This document shows, one piece after another, positions 1 through 9,736 of a DNA stretch of 44,542 bases. The notes beneath the pieces are model-generated. The model was not told the origin of the DNA, ran no database searches, and saw only the letters and a list, made by a program, of their open reading frames with translations. This DNA comes from Terriglobia bacterium (lineage in GTDB: Bacteria; Acidobacteriota; Terriglobia; Acidiferrales; UBA7541), in assembly GCA_041483755.1 (NCBI GenBank), contig JBGPGF010000001.1, positions 1 through 44,542 of the forward strand, in the 5' to 3' direction. The position numbers and the translations under genes were made by a program. The stretch's first letter is position 1; the number at the start of each line of letters is the position of its first letter.

Positions 1-969
1 AACGACACTTTCCCCACGGCCATGCACATTGCCGCGGCGGACCAAACCGCGCGGCGCCTGCTGCCGGCCATCGGGAAATTGCATGATGCGCTGGACGCCA
101 AGGCGCGCGAGTTCATGGGCATCGTCAAAATCGGCCGCACGCACCTGCAGGATGCCACGCCGCTCACGCTGGGGCAGGAATTTTCCGGCTGGGTGAGTTT
201 GCTGGATCGCGACAGCGCGCGCGTGTTCATCGCCCTGGACGACCTCTACGATCTGGCCATTGGGGGCACGGCGGTGGGCACCGGATTGAATGCACACCCG
301 GAATTTGCCGAACGCGCCGCGAAAAAGATTGCCGAGCTTTCCGGGCTGCCGTTTCGCTCGCATCCGAACAAGTTCGCCGCGCTTTCCGCGCACGACGAAA
401 TTGTGTTTGCCAGCGGCGCGCTGAAGACTCTCGCTGCGTCGCTGATGAAAATCGCGAACGACGTGCGCTGGCTGGGCTCCGGGCCGCGCTGCGGCCTGGG
501 CGAGCTGACGCTGCCGGAAAACGAGCCGGGCTCCTCGATCATGCCGGGCAAGGTGAACCCCACGCAGTGCGAGGCGCTGACCATGGTCGCCGTGCAGGTG
601 ATGGGCAACGACGCCGCTATCGGCTTTGCCGGCTCGCAGGGGAATTTCGAGCTGAACGTCTTCAAGCCCGTGATGATCTTTAATTACCTGCATTCGGTCG
701 AGCTGTTGGCCGATTCCTGCAACAGCTTCGTGGACCACTGCGTCCAGGGGATTGAAGTGAACCGCGAGCGGCTGGACCACTACGTGAAGAATTCGCTGAT
801 GCTGGTCACCGCGCTATCGCCAAAGATTGGTTATGACAAAGCGGCGAAAGCCGCGCACACAGCGCACCACGAAAAGCTGAGCCTCCGCGAGGCCGTCATC
901 AAGCTGGGCTACCTGACGGGCGCGGAGTTTGATGCGATGGTGCGGCCGGAAGACATGACGCATCCTTGA
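1..969 (+). CDS. fumC: Class II fumarate hydratase, 5'-truncated by the window edge
   Basis: Frame is open from base 1 ([12 protein letters not shown]); contains [10 protein letters not shown] and the fumarate lyase signature [15 protein letters not shown]. Confidence 0.96.
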   Translation, partial: NDTFPTAMHIAAADQTARRLLPAIGKLHDALDAKAREFMGIVKIGRTHLQDATPLTLGQEFSGWVSLLDRDSARVFIALDDLYDLAIGGTAVGTGLNAHPEFAERAAKKIAELSGLPFRSHPNKFAALSAHDEIVFASGALKTLAASLMKIANDVRWLGSGPRCGLGELTLPENEPGSSIMPGKVNPTQCEALTMVAVQVMGNDAAIGFAGSQGNFELNVFKPVMIFNYLHSVELLADSCNSFVDHCVQGIEVNRERLDHYVKNSLMLVTALSPKIGYDKAAKAAHTAHHEKLSLREAVIKLGYLTGAEFDAMVRPEDMTHP

Positions 970-983
970 GGAGCGGACAACGG

Positions 984-1481
984 ATGCGAAAGTGGTGGAA
1001 GAGAATCAGGCTGTGGGTGCTGGTGCTGCTGGTATTGGCGCAGTTCGTCCCCTTGAAGAGAACGAATCCACCATTCGATCCGGCGAAGACGATTTACGCG
1101 CTGCATGCGGTTCCGGCCAACGTGCAAGCCGTTTTCCAGCGCTCCTGCAAGGATTGTCACTCGAACGAAACGCACTGGCCGTGGTACAGCCACGTCGCGC
1201 CGGTTTCGTGGGTGGTGGTTCACGACGTGAACGAAGCGCGGCGAATGATGAATCTTTCCGAGTGGGGCGCTTATCCGGAACGAAAAAAGAGAAGCCGGCT
1301 GGAAGCCATCTGCGAGCAGATGGACAGCGGAGAAATGCCCGACTCGAAATACACGCTGATACACCGCGATGCGCGGCTCACGGAGGAAGAGCGCAAGGCT
1401 GTGTGCGCCTGGGCGGACGCCACGCGCAAAGTCCTGGCCGCCGCGCCGGCCGGAGCACTCGCACGTCCAGCCGCGAAGTGA
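984..1481 (+). CDS. Haem-binding domain cytochrome c protein
   Basis: N-terminal membrane anchor, CKDCH haem motif followed by SNETHWPWYS, distal MP motif; GGAG RBS upstream of ATG 984. Confidence 0.85.
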   Translation: MRKWWKRIRLWVLVLLVLAQFVPLKRTNPPFDPAKTIYALHAVPANVQAVFQRSCKDCHSNETHWPWYSHVAPVSWVVVHDVNEARRMMNLSEWGAYPERKKRSRLEAICEQMDSGEMPDSKYTLIHRDARLTEEERKAVCAWADATRKVLAAAPAGALARPAAK

Positions 1482-1483
1482 CG

Positions 1484-2107
1484 ATGCGCGCCGCGATATT
1501 CCAGACGCTTGGCGCGGCCCTGATGCTCTTGCTTTTTCTCACCTCCGCAACTCTATTGGGTGCGGGGCCGCAAGCAGAGAACAAGCGGGCCTACTCAGGT
1601 GGAATAACCTTCGTCACTGACGGCGGCATCCCGAAGGGACCGTGTTTGCGCGTGGCCGGGCGGCTGACCACGCCGGGATTCTTTGACGGCCTGAAGCGCG
1701 TGGACGATTCGCGCGGCACGCAATTCCGCCGCGGGAACTTGCCAGTGACACACTTCCCCCGACAGATGCTGCTGCAACTCACGATTCAGGACATGCTCTG
1801 CCCGCCCGAATTTCGCAGCGAAGGCGGCCCGGTTTACTTGACGCGCGAAGATATGAGCACGATGCGGCTCTCGTTTTTCTGGAAACGCGGACTGGAGCTG
1901 CGCCCGGCCGGCGGCGCCGAACAAAACTCCGCCGTCGAGTTGCGCGAACCCTATGCAAAGGATCTCGCCGATTCACTGCCGAAACGATTTATCTGGTCGT
2001 ATGAATTTGTGGTGCCGAGCGCGGGCGTTCCACTCACTGACCACCTGGTGATCGTTTTGCGCCAAGCGGACGGCCACATCGTTGCGCGCGTTGCCGCGCG
2101 GCTCTAG
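1484..2107 (+). CDS. Hypothetical exported protein
   Basis: ATG 2 nt after the previous stop; signal-peptide-like N-terminus MRAAIFQTLGAALMLLLFLTSATLLGA. Confidence 0.7.
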   Translation: MRAAIFQTLGAALMLLLFLTSATLLGAGPQAENKRAYSGGITFVTDGGIPKGPCLRVAGRLTTPGFFDGLKRVDDSRGTQFRRGNLPVTHFPRQMLLQLTIQDMLCPPEFRSEGGPVYLTREDMSTMRLSFFWKRGLELRPAGGAEQNSAVELREPYAKDLADSLPKRFIWSYEFVVPSAGVPLTDHLVIVLRQADGHIVARVAARL

Positions 2108-2123
2108 CGCCCTTTTGCCGCCC

Positions 2124-2762
2124 CTAGGGCGTGAGGCGGTTCATGGTTAGGTAGTTTTGCGGGGGGAGGCCGAAGGCGTTGGCGATGCGATTGAAGAAGG
2201 CGAACATCGCGGTGACGTAAACGGCTTCGGCAATCTGCTCCTCTTTCCAGCCGGCGTCGCGGAGGCGCTGCACGTCCCCGGCCGTCGTGGTGTGGGAAGC
2301 GATCGTGACTTTCTCCGCATACTCGAGGAGGAGGCGCTCGGCATCGGTGACGCCGGCTTCGCCGAGCTTGCCATCGAAGATGGCTTTGACGCACTGCTCG
2401 CTGGCGCCTTGCTGCCGCAGGAAAAAGGCGTGGCTGTCCAGACAGTAGGGGCAGCGGTTGAGTTGCGAGACGTGGCTGGCAAGCATCTCCTTGTGCTTCA
2501 CGGAGAGATGCCCTTCCGAGAAGTGGATGGTATCGGAAAACTCCACGGTCTGGCGGAGGAAGTCCGGCCGGTATCCAAAACATTTCAGGATGCCGGGCAC
2601 GCGCTGCCGTTTCGACCGCGCGCGCCAGAAATCAAAGGCCGCCGCCAAATCTCCGGTGGCTTCGGCGTCCTCGATGAGTTTGATTTTTGTGGCAGTGACG
2701 ACCGCCGGTCCGGCCTGTGCGTCGCCGGAATTTCGCGAAACATTCCCTGGATTTTCAGTCAT
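2124..2762 (-). CDS. AhpD/carboxymuconolactone decarboxylase family, peroxidase-related enzyme
   Basis: KEMLASHVSQLNRCPYCLDSH and FAFFNRIANAFG motifs; start 2762 chosen for the upstream AGGAG. Confidence 0.88.
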   Translation of the reverse strand: MTENPGNVSRNSGDAQAGPAVVTATKIKLIEDAEATGDLAAAFDFWRARSKRQRVPGILKCFGYRPDFLRQTVEFSDTIHFSEGHLSVKHKEMLASHVSQLNRCPYCLDSHAFFLRQQGASEQCVKAIFDGKLGEAGVTDAERLLLEYAEKVTIASHTTTAGDVQRLRDAGWKEEQIAEAVYVTAMFAFFNRIANAFGLPPQNYLTMNRLTP

Positions 2763-2826
2763 GGTGGCACTCCTTTTCAAAGTCAATTTCCGGATACCGG
2801 CTTCCGCACTTCCGTGACCTCAAGAT

Positions 2827-4173
2827 TCAAGCGCGCCCCAGTTTCAGGATGCTATAGACGGGCACACCGGCCAAGACGACCACGCATCCCAGCAGCGCTT
2901 CCCGCGGGCTGCGCACACCCAAAAGAAAAAGGAGCACGGCGACCATGGCCAGAAACGCGAGCGGCGTGAACGGATAGCCCGGAGTTGGAATGGCGGACTC
3001 GCCTTCTTGCCGCTTGCGCCGCAACACAAACAAGCCCGCCACGGTGAGCCCCAAAAATACAACCGATACGAAAATGATGTAAGCGATGATCTGCTGAAAG
3101 GAACCGAGTACAACCAGGAGCGAGGCGACAATCCCCTGCACGGCAATGGCGGTCGAGGGGGTGCCATACCGGGGATGGGTGCGCGCGACGGCCGCGAGGA
3201 AAAGGCCGTCATTGGCCATCGCATAGTACACGCGCGGCGCGGACATGATCAACGCCGCCAGGCTGCCGAGGATGCAAACAATCACGATGGCGGCAAATGC
3301 AATTCCACCGGCCGGCCCAAAGAGCACTTCGCCGGCCTGCGCCACGAAGGCCTCGTCCGAAGTGACTTTCTCGAGCGGAACGAGATAGAGAAACACGCCG
3401 CTGACCAGAATGTAGACGCCGGTAACGGCAATTACGCCGAAGACCAGCGCGCGCGGCAACGTTCGTGACGGATTGCGAACTTCGCCGGCAATCTTGGTGA
3501 CGTCCCACCAGCCGCCGAAAGAAAAGAACGCGCCAACCATGGCGGCACCCAGCGCGGGCGCCAGCGGCAGCGAACCCGGGCGTTGCGTCACAAAGGGAAC
3601 GAAGTTGGACCACGAGCCCAGACGGAACACGATGGCCCAGACGGTCAGCAATCCCAGGACACCGAGCTTCAGCCAGGTCATCCAGCGCATGAAGCCCGCG
3701 CTCCATCGAGTGCTGAGGATGTTCAGGAAGCACAGCGATCCGATCACCAGGATGGCCGTGAGCTTGGTCAGAAAAGGGGGCAGGTGAATGATGTGAGCGG
3801 CGTAGCCGGCCATGCCGACGGCCAACGCCGCCGTGATGCCGGGATCCATCACCAGCATGCACATCCAACCGTAGAGAAAGGCGATCCGCCGCCCAAGACT
3901 CTCGCGGAGGTAAACGTAGCCGCCACCGGCGCGGGGAAAACGCCCAGCGAGCTCTCCATAGCAGAGAGCGCCGCTCAGCGTCATCCCGCCCACGGCGAGC
4001 CAGACGATCAGCAGCCAGAAAGGCGAGCCCAGCGATTTGGCCATGCCCGCCGGTGTAAGAAAGATGCCGACGGCGATGGCCTCGCCCGCGACGGCCGCAG
4101 CCGCCGATCCAAGAGCCAATTCGCGGCGAAGACCCGGTCCTCCCGGCGCCGCGGCTTCCGTATTCGCGCTCAT
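2827..4173 (-). CDS. APC family amino acid permease
   Basis: About 12 hydrophobic segments; GIFLTP, ELAGRFPRAGGGYVY, GEVRNPSRTLPRA motifs. Confidence 0.93.
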   Translation of the reverse strand: MSANTEAAAPGGPGLRRELALGSAAAAVAGEAIAVGIFLTPAGMAKSLGSPFWLLIVWLAVGGMTLSGALCYGELAGRFPRAGGGYVYLRESLGRRIAFLYGWMCMLVMDPGITAALAVGMAGYAAHIIHLPPFLTKLTAILVIGSLCFLNILSTRWSAGFMRWMTWLKLGVLGLLTVWAIVFRLGSWSNFVPFVTQRPGSLPLAPALGAAMVGAFFSFGGWWDVTKIAGEVRNPSRTLPRALVFGVIAVTGVYILVSGVFLYLVPLEKVTSDEAFVAQAGEVLFGPAGGIAFAAIVIVCILGSLAALIMSAPRVYYAMANDGLFLAAVARTHPRYGTPSTAIAVQGIVASLLVVLGSFQQIIAYIIFVSVVFLGLTVAGLFVLRRKRQEGESAIPTPGYPFTPLAFLAMVAVLLFLLGVRSPREALLGCVVVLAGVPVYSILKLGRA

Positions 4174-7152
4174 TTAGAACGTTAGCTTAGCCCCAAGTTG
4201 GAAGGCGCGCGGTCCGCCGGAGCCGAATACGCCACCCGCGGTGCGCACCGGCTGCCCGAAATTGGGCCCCAGCGTGTTGGAAAAGCCGGAGTAGTTGGCA
4301 ACCGATACACCGAGAATGTTGGTCACGTTGAACAGGTTGAAGGCTTCCGCGAGTGCCTGGATGGTGCAGCGCTCGCGCACATGGAAATCCTTCGACACGC
4401 GCAGATCGAAGGAGTTGAAGCTGTCATTGAAACGCGCGCCGGGGTTCACCAAGGGCAGCTGATCGTCCACCGCGCGTTGCAGATTCAGCGTGGTGATCGC
4501 CGAATTCAGCTCCGCGCCCGTATGAAACACGCGCCCGCCGGCATTGCGTCCCAGTTCCGGGACGCGCGAGCTGCCGTCGGGAAGCAGAATGTCCATGGGC
4601 ACGCCGGAGGCGATGGTCCAGAGCGGAGAAATGCGGAACCCATAGGGCAAATCGACGACGCCCGCCAGCACCAGGCGGTGACGCTGGTCGTTGGGCGCCG
4701 GACCGTATTCCCGCCGCAGATCGTTGGGATCAATGGGCCCGTTGGAAAAGGGGATCTGGTCGTCGTTGGCGTAGTTCAGCGATTTCGAGAGCGTGTAGGC
4801 AGTGTGGAACTGGTAGCGCTGCGCGAAGCGATGATCCACGGTGAGGAGCAGCCCATCGTAGTGCGTATTGACGCTGGACTCGAGATTTTTCACCACGTCC
4901 GGTCCGCCCACCACGGGATTGAAGACCGTGCCGATGGCCCGCCCGATGATGAAATGCGTGCCCAAATCGTGAATGCCGTCGGCTCGCACAACCCAGTTCG
5001 GCAGGAACTGCCACTGAATTCCGAGGTCGAACTGCTGCACTTCGGGGTTTTGCATGCGGTTGTCAATGATGTTGATGCCCCCAGCCCCCGCGCCGGGGAA
5101 AATGAATCCGGTGAAGGGATTGTTAAAGGTTGGCGCGCCAGTGACGAAGTGGCCGGTCGAATCCAGGAATATGGGAATCCCCATCGGGTCTCTGGTCACA
5201 TTGCCCGCCCGCACTTCGATGGGAAGAGCGCGTCCATCGAGGCCGCGCTCGAGCGAAACGATTTCCAGCGTGATGCGGTCATAATAGATTCCGTACCCGC
5301 CGTGCAGGCTGAACTTGCCGGCCTTGGTGGCCCAGTTGAATCCGACGCGGGGCGCGAAGTTATTCGCATCCTTGTGCCGATTTCCTTGCAGGAACGAAGT
5401 CACCAGGGGATTGATCTGGCTGTAATGTCCTAAATCTTTTACATCGGTATCAATCTCATACCGCAGGCCCAGGTTCAGAGTGAACTGGGGATGCAGGTGC
5501 CAGTCGTCCTGGGCGTAGGCGGCAACGTGGTTGTTATCGGCGCTCGGAATCACGAGCGGCTGAGTGGGAAAAGCACTGCGCAGCGACACCGCGAAAAGCA
5601 AATCATTGTCGTTCACTATTCCGTCGCCGCTGCGATCGAAATCCGGGAAATCCTCGACCATGATGATGCGACCGGTCTGGAAGACGCCCAGATTGAAATC
5701 GGCGTCAATGCGCTGAAAGTCGCCCCCAAAATGAAAGTTGTGCTGGCCGTGGACCCAATCCAGGCCCTCCGACCATTCCAACCGGTTTTGACGCGTCTGC
5801 TGCGGCACACGGAAGGACGTTCCATCGGTCAGACTGGGAAAATCAAGTTCCGGCCCCGCCGTGATGGGATCGGTGTTGTTGATGAAGTTGTTCACGCTGA
5901 AGCTGGCGCGGTTCACAAGCGTGGGGCTCAGAACGCGCGTCCACGAAGCCCACAGGGCCTGGAAGTTATTCTTGGCGTCCTGGCGTTCCGAAGCCGAGCC
6001 GAGTGCGGTAGAAAAGCTGCTGCCGGTCGTCGCATCCTGCCGCTGGACCGAGTAGCGCAGGTTGAGGGTGTTCTGGTTCGATATCTGCCAGTCGCCACGA
6101 ATCGTTCCCAGAAGATCTTTCGCCGGTGCGGCAGCAAAACTCTTCAGGATCGTTCCTTGCAGAGTGGCGGCGTTGAACTGCCGCGTGCCGACTTGCACTC
6201 CACCCAGCTCATCGCGGTACTCGAAAGCGCCATACCACCAGGCTTTGCTGCGGACCAACGGCCCGCCGAGCGTGCCCGAATACTGCTGGCGGCGAAAAGG
6301 CGGCGTTACACCCGCGCCGGGATCGAGCGTCGCGGGCAGAGCCTGCAAACGCTTGTCGCGTTCGTAGAACGAAGCCGAGCCATGCAGGTCATTGGTCCCC
6401 GCTTTGGTCACGACGTTGACCACGGACGATCCGGAGCGGCCCACTTCCGCGGAAAAACGGTTCGTGGCGATCTGGAACTCCTGCACGGCGTCCTCAGGAA
6501 CGTTGAGGAGCATGCCACCCACCACGTCGTCGTTATCGTCGGCGCCGTCGATGGTTACGTTGCCGCCACGGCCCATCTGGCCCGCGGAGGAAATGACCAC
6601 GGTGCTGGCTTTCGTGGGATCGAAATTGGGCGCAGGAGAATTGCCCGGCATCAGAAGGGCCAGTTCCAGGAAATTGCGGCCATTGAGGGGAAGGTTGTCG
6701 ATTTGCCGCAAGCTAATGACGCCGTCCACGACCGAAGAGACGGTGTTCACCGGCGGCGTGTTGTCCGTGTCGTCGATCACGATCTTTTCCACTTGTGCCG
6801 CCAGGCGCAAATGGATTCTCAAATCGGTCTGCTGCCCGACTTCCAGGCGCACTTGTCTCACAAACGGCGCAAACCCGCTCGCTTCGACGCGGACTTCGTA
6901 CAAGCCGGGCGCCAGGTTATTCAAGACGAAGAGTCCCGCCGCACCGCTCAACGTTGTCCGCCGCAGGCCGGTCGCTTTGTGCTCTGCGCTTGCGCTCGCG
7001 CCGCTCACCACGGCCCCTTGTGGGTCGGTCACATCACCAGAGAGGACCGCCGTCCCCAACTCTTGCGCTCGGGCCGACCGGGCCAGAGCGGCAATGAGCA
7101 GCACGATCGAGATTTGTATTCCCAAGGACACAACAATTCGCCGTAGACGCAC
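4174..7152 (-). CDS. TonB-dependent receptor, Oar-like, with N-terminal carboxypeptidase-regulatory-like domain
   Basis: Signal peptide, LSGDVTDPQGAVV, LPLNGRNFLEL, AVQEFQI, C-terminal PRAFQLGAKLTF ending in Phe. Confidence 0.95.
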   Translation of the reverse strand: MRLRRIVVSLGIQISIVLLIAALARSARAQELGTAVLSGDVTDPQGAVVSGASASAEHKATGLRRTTLSGAAGLFVLNNLAPGLYEVRVEASGFAPFVRQVRLEVGQQTDLRIHLRLAAQVEKIVIDDTDNTPPVNTVSSVVDGVISLRQIDNLPLNGRNFLELALLMPGNSPAPNFDPTKASTVVISSAGQMGRGGNVTIDGADDNDDVVGGMLLNVPEDAVQEFQIATNRFSAEVGRSGSSVVNVVTKAGTNDLHGSASFYERDKRLQALPATLDPGAGVTPPFRRQQYSGTLGGPLVRSKAWWYGAFEYRDELGGVQVGTRQFNAATLQGTILKSFAAAPAKDLLGTIRGDWQISNQNTLNLRYSVQRQDATTGSSFSTALGSASERQDAKNNFQALWASWTRVLSPTLVNRASFSVNNFINNTDPITAGPELDFPSLTDGTSFRVPQQTRQNRLEWSEGLDWVHGQHNFHFGGDFQRIDADFNLGVFQTGRIIMVEDFPDFDRSGDGIVNDNDLLFAVSLRSAFPTQPLVIPSADNNHVAAYAQDDWHLHPQFTLNLGLRYEIDTDVKDLGHYSQINPLVTSFLQGNRHKDANNFAPRVGFNWATKAGKFSLHGGYGIYYDRITLEIVSLERGLDGRALPIEVRAGNVTRDPMGIPIFLDSTGHFVTGAPTFNNPFTGFIFPGAGAGGINIIDNRMQNPEVQQFDLGIQWQFLPNWVVRADGIHDLGTHFIIGRAIGTVFNPVVGGPDVVKNLESSVNTHYDGLLLTVDHRFAQRYQFHTAYTLSKSLNYANDDQIPFSNGPIDPNDLRREYGPAPNDQRHRLVLAGVVDLPYGFRISPLWTIASGVPMDILLPDGSSRVPELGRNAGGRVFHTGAELNSAITTLNLQRAVDDQLPLVNPGARFNDSFNSFDLRVSKDFHVRERCTIQALAEAFNLFNVTNILGVSVANYSGFSNTLGPNFGQPVRTAGGVFGSGGPRAFQLGAKLTF

Positions 7153-7227
7153 AGGTGTGCTCCTCTACAACGCAATTTGAAATGCAAACCGGGGTAAACG
7201 AAAACCGGCGTGAACAGAAATCAGCCG

Positions 7228-7605
7228 CTACTTGCCGGTGGTTAGCGGTTCTATTTTTTCAATGACGATGGCCATGGAACCGCCGCGTTGATAGACCTTT
7301 CCAGTCGCAGAAACTTTTTGCGCGGCGTAAGGGACAAGCTTTTCGTTCTGCCCGGTGGAGGGCATCGTGTCCGCAATGGGCCAATAGATGTTGCCATCGT
7401 CCGACAGAATGACGAGCGAAGAACCAGCATGCGCGCAGGATAGAGCGCATTCCTTGCTGACGGGCTTGTCAATTCCCTTGGTGAAGGCGCAGGCGGAGTC
7501 CAGGACGTAACCCTTCACGGTTGCCGTCATCTCGCCAGCCGCCCATAGGGCTGCGGCCAAAAACAACGGAAGAGCCAGTTTCACGGCAGTGCTAGCCACT
7601 TTCAT
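7228..7605 (-). CDS. Small exported Cys-containing hypothetical protein
   Basis: Signal peptide; DSAC...ECALSC pattern; GAGGAG RBS; first gene of the minus-strand operon. Confidence 0.8.
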   Translation of the reverse strand: MKVASTAVKLALPLFLAAALWAAGEMTATVKGYVLDSACAFTKGIDKPVSKECALSCAHAGSSLVILSDDGNIYWPIADTMPSTGQNEKLVPYAAQKVSATGKVYQRGGSMAIVIEKIEPLTTGK

Positions 7606-7818
7606 TTGTCATTCTCCTCTTTCCTAAGAGATTCCCCCTCGACGGGAAGAGCCCGAAAGATTGCCCTCTAAAACAATCCCGGCCGGGGGGTGAATCCGGC
7701 CGGGCGAACTATACGAGTGGCTGACTACCGATTCTAGTGTGCCTCAGAGCGCAGGGGGCACGCGGCTGAGACCTTCATTCAAAGTGGCCCCACTCTACGG
7801 GCACCGCCGAAGCAGCGC

Positions 7819-7838
7819 AATACTAGTAAAATACTAGT
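7819..7838. promoter_or_regulatory. Candidate operator: tandem AATACTAGT repeats with 11-bp period
   Basis: AATACTAGT-AA-AATACTAGT, each with an ACTAGT palindrome, between the TonB operon and the divergent XRE regulator. Confidence 0.5.
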
Positions 7839-8120
7839 GAGACACTCCGCCAATTCATCGGCAAGTAATTCCCGCTAAACGGGCTGCAACCTATTGAATA
7901 TGCATGGTTTACGCCGTGTCCGGAGCTCCGGCCTTCCAAAGAGAATGGCTGCTACTTGGCCAGGCGGCCGGCAATTGCGGGCCGTTGCACACCGCCCGAC
8001 GCAGGCGTGGTGACGGCAGTGAAAACGGGCGGGGGCTGCAAGCCATATTGACCCATCCGTGCTCTATCGCGTTATACTATACTGCATCTAACTGGGTAGT
8101 GATTCCCTTTTCGGAGATGG

Positions 8121-8717
8121 GTGAGTTCGATGGTCTCGCAAGACTTGAAGGAATCGTTGGATCGCTATTGCCTTGGAGAGAAACTCCATCACCTTCGGCT
8201 GCGCAAGAAACTGGGCCTCGCCGAATTGAGCCGCTCCACGGGCCTTTCTCCCGCCATGCTGTCGAAGCTCGAGAACGGCAAGCTCTATCCCACTCTGCCC
8301 ACGTTGATGCGTATCGCCACGGCTTTCAGCGTCGGGTTCAGCTATTTCTTTTCGGAGGAAAAAGACCGGCGCAGTTGCGCCATCGCCCGGAAAAAGGACC
8401 GCATCCGTTTTCCCGAGGACCCCAGCATCTCCGAGATCGCGTACGAGTTCGAGTCCCTCGACTTTCCGGCCATCGAGCGCAGATTCAACACCTATCTTGC
8501 GGAATTCCGCGGCGTCCGCCCGGACCGCATCCGGCTACATCAGCATCCCGGCGTGGAATTCATCTACGTGGTGCGGGGCAGGCTGAACCTGCGCATCGGC
8601 TCGGTGGATGAAGTGCTGGAGACGGGAGACTCGATCCATTTCGATTCCCAGATTCCGCACGGTTACATGCGCGCCGGACCGCAGCCGTGCTCGGCCATTG
8701 TGGTTACCACCGGATGA
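8121..8717 (+). CDS. XRE-family HTH transcriptional regulator with C-terminal cupin (PuuR-like architecture)
   Basis: LAELSRSTGLSPAMLSKLENGKLYP HTH; HQHPGVEFIYV and GDSIHFDSQIPHGY cupin motifs; start could be ATG 8130. Confidence 0.93.
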   Translation: MSSMVSQDLKESLDRYCLGEKLHHLRLRKKLGLAELSRSTGLSPAMLSKLENGKLYPTLPTLMRIATAFSVGFSYFFSEEKDRRSCAIARKKDRIRFPEDPSISEIAYEFESLDFPAIERRFNTYLAEFRGVRPDRIRLHQHPGVEFIYVVRGRLNLRIGSVDEVLETGDSIHFDSQIPHGYMRAGPQPCSAIVVTTG

Positions 8718-8738
8718 CGCGTTAAGATATCAGCCGGC

Positions 8739-9344
8739 ATGAAAAAGCACTACGTTCTGCTGGCGCTCATCCTCCTGATCGCGGCGGCCGCGTGGCTCGC
8801 CTCGCAGTTCCTGCACGGCGGCCTGAGCGCCCGCGCCACTCCGACTTCCGCGGAAATCGCCGTCGCCCGGCGCGTGCGGCATCTTGCGATTCCCGCTGGC
8901 GCGCGCGCGACGCTGAATCCGGCCCCGGAGTCGCCGGAAGTCTTGCGCGCAGGCATGATGCATTTCGCCGATCACTGCGCCCTCTGCCACGCCAATGACG
9001 GCAGCGGCGGCACGTCCATCGGCCAGGGGCTTTTCCCCAAGCCGCCCGACTTGCGCCTCCCACGGACGCAAGACCTATCCGACGGCGAGATGTTCTGGAT
9101 CATCGAGAATGGAGTACGCTTCACCGGCATGCCGGCCTTCGGAACGCCGGGCCACGCCGAGCAGAGCTGGCACCTCGTGCGCTTCATCCGCCGCCTGCCG
9201 AAGCTGCCGATGGAAGAACTGATCGAGATGCAACGCAACAATCCCAGGAGCGCGGCAGAATTTGAGGAAGAAAGAGAAGGGGAAGATTTTCTGCGCGAGG
9301 GAGCTGCCGCGCCGCAGCCGGAATCCAAGCATCATCATCACTGA
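8739..9344 (+). CDS. Membrane-anchored c-type cytochrome
   Basis: CALCH haem motif, PKPPDL, GVRFTGMPAF, His-rich C-terminus. Confidence 0.9.
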   Translation: MKKHYVLLALILLIAAAAWLASQFLHGGLSARATPTSAEIAVARRVRHLAIPAGARATLNPAPESPEVLRAGMMHFADHCALCHANDGSGGTSIGQGLFPKPPDLRLPRTQDLSDGEMFWIIENGVRFTGMPAFGTPGHAEQSWHLVRFIRRLPKLPMEELIEMQRNNPRSAAEFEEEREGEDFLREGAAAPQPESKHHHH

Positions 9345-9396
9345 ATCCGCCGTATCAAGGACGAATGCGCCCTGACGCCGGCACGCGGGAGGTTTT

Positions 9397-9729
9397 ATGA
9401 AACGTGGTCTCTTGTTCCTGTTCGCGCTCCTGTTTGTCGGCGGCGGGATAGCCATGGCTCATGGCGACGAGAAGCATGTTCTCGGCACGGTTGAAAAAAT
9501 CAGCGCTGATTCCGTCACCGTGAAAACCGCCGATGGCCAGCGCGTCGAAGTGAAACTCACGCCGGTGACCGTATTCTTGAAGAGCGGCCACGCCGCAAAG
9601 TGGCAGGATTTATCCGTGGGCGTCCGCGTGGTCATTCATGCGACGCCGAAAGGCGCGACGCTCGAAGCCCGCGAGGTGAAGTTCGGTCCGCCTCCAACGC
9701 CCGCGCACGCCGCGAAGCCGCAATCCTAG
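9397..9729 (+). CDS. Small exported OB-fold-like protein (DUF5666-like)
   Basis: Signal peptide ending AMA, then HGDEKHVLGTV; DLSVGVRVVIHA; GGAGG RBS. Confidence 0.75.
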   Translation: MKRGLLFLFALLFVGGGIAMAHGDEKHVLGTVEKISADSVTVKTADGQRVEVKLTPVTVFLKSGHAAKWQDLSVGVRVVIHATPKGATLEAREVKFGPPPTPAHAAKPQS

Positions 9730-9736
9730 CGGCTGC

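Noticed and set aside
2430-2460. Selenocysteine in the AhpD-like CxxC
   Set aside because: Both positions are ordinary Cys codons; no in-frame TGA
7734-7778. 14-aa uORF MKVSAACPLRSEAH as a leader peptide
   Set aside because: No convincing RBS or regulatory codon run; could be chance
7606-7860. Known riboswitch in the TonB operon leader
   Set aside because: Could not match cobalamin, TPP, SAM or guanidine consensus by eye; needs an Rfam scan
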